In this document: positions 62,277-64,000 of the stretch, piece after piece | How the letters are laid out: each line of letters opens with the position of its first letter | Numbering within the stretch: position 1 is the first letter of the stretch | Notes under the pieces: generated by a model | The model's database searches: none | Told to the model about the DNA's origin: nothing | Seen by the model: the letters and a program-made list of their open reading frames with translations, nothing else | Position numbers and translations under genes: made by a program | Assembly (NCBI RefSeq): GCF_003918875.1 | Contig: NW_025767460.1 | Span: forward strand, 186,001 to 250,000 | Origin: Haliotis rubra | Taxonomy: Eukaryota | Reading direction: 5' to 3' | Length of the DNA stretch: 64,000 nt

Positions 62277-64000
62277 TGGAGCGTCACATACACCAGGGAG
62301 CGTCACATACACCAGGGAGTGTCACATACACCAGGGAGTGTCACATACACCAGGGAGCGTCACATACACCAGGGAGCGTCACATACACCAGGGAGCGTCA
62401 CATACACCAGGGAGCGTCACAGGGAGCGCATACACCAGGGAGTGTCACATACACCAGGGAGCGTCACATACACCAGGGAGCGTCACATACACCAGGGAGT
62501 GTCACATACACCAGGGAGCGTCACATACACCAGGGAGCGTCACATACACCAGGGAGTGTCACATACACCAGGGAGCGTCACATACACCAGGGAGCGTCAC
62601 ATACACCAGGGAGCGTCAGATACACCAGGGAGCGTCTGGGAGTGTCACATACACCAGGGAGCGTCACATACACCAGGGAGCGTCACATACACCAGGGAGC
62701 ATCACATACACCAGGGAGTGTCACATACACCAGGGAGCGTCTGGGAGTGTCACATACACCAGGGAGCGTCACATACACCAGGGAGCGTCACATACACCAG
62801 GGAGCATCACATACACCAGGGAGTGTCACATACACCAGGGAGCGTCACATACACCAGGGAGCGTCACATACACCAGGGAGCGTCTGGGAGTGTCACATAC
62901 ACCAGGGAGCGTCACATACACAAGGGAGCGTCACATACACCAGGGAGCATCACATACACCAGGGAGCGTCACATACACCAGGGAGCATCACATACACCAG
63001 GGAGCGTCACATACACCAGGGAGCATCACATACACCAGGGAGCGTCACATACACCAGGGAGCGTCACATACACCAGGGAGCATCACATACACCAGGGAGT
63101 GTCACATACACCAGGGAGCGTCACATACACCAGGGAGCGTCACATACACCAGGGAGCATCACATACACCAGGGAGTGTCACATACACCAGGGAGCGTCAC
63201 ATACACCAGGGAGCGTCACATACACCAGGGAGCGTCACATACACCAGGGAGCGTCTGGGAGTGTCACATACACCAGGGAGTGTCACATACACCAGGGAGC
63301 GTCACATACACCAGGGAGCGTCTGGGAGCGTCACATACACCAGGGAGTGTCACATACACCAGGGAGCGTCACATACACCAGGGAGCATCACATACACCAG
63401 GGAGCGTCACATACACCAGGGAGCGTCACATACACCAGGGAGCGTCACATACACCAGGGAGAGTCACATACACCAGGGAGTGTCACATACACCAGGGAGG
63501 TCACATACACCAGGAGCGTCACATACACCAGGGAGCGTCACATACACCAGGGAGTGTCACATACACCAGGGAGTGTCACATACACCAGGGAGCGTCACAT
63601 ACACCAGGGAGCGTCACATACACCAGGGAGCGTCACATACACCAGGGAGAGTCACATACACCAGGGAGCGTCTGGGAGTGTCACATACACCAGGGAGGGT
63701 CACATACACCAGGGAGCGTCACATACACCAGGGAGTGTCACATACACCAGGGAGAGTCACATACACCAGGGAGCGTCACATACACCAGGGAGCGTCACAT
63801 ACACCAGGGAGTGTCTGGGAGCGTCACATACACCAGGGAGTGTCTGGGAGTGTCACATACACCAGGGAGCGTCACATACACCAGGGAGCGTCACATACAC
63901 CAGGGAGTGTCTGGGAGTGTCACATACACCAGGGAGCATCACATACACCAGGGAGCATCACATACACCAGGGAGCGTCTGGGAGTGTCACATACACCAGG
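62277..64000. repeat. Minisatellite, 19-bp unit GCGTCACATACACCAGGGA (runs off the window edge)
   Basis: About 90 units. Confidence 0.97.

Overview
This is eukaryotic (animal) genomic DNA. The style of the tRNA-derived SINEs with (CACT)n tails suggests a mollusc such as abalone; that is an inference. The window holds the 5' part of one + strand gene for a secreted fibrinogen-related domain (FReD; angiopoietin/techylectin/FREP-like) protein. The main finding is that two apparently unrelated N-terminal exons (4280-4782 and 10641-11097) each encode their own signal peptide and coiled coil. Both end in 'P-R' at a phase-1 donor, and both fit in frame onto the only FReD exons visible (58282-58401 and 59837-59974), 47-53 kb downstream. 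This is a 'variable first exon / shared constant domain' layout like clustered protocadherins or UGT1A. A weak third candidate lies at 56928-57069. Exon A has a +1 frameshift next to an A5 run, which is either an assembly error or a null allele. The rest of the FReD lies beyond the window. Roughly 28 kb (about 44%) consists of more than 20 unrelated minisatellite arrays, which explain nearly all long ORFs in the track. There is also a decayed Tc1 (DD34E) element, SINEs, LINE 3' ends, a hAT-like MITE, a foldback-like element and a TAG..CTA element family with 9-bp target-site duplications.
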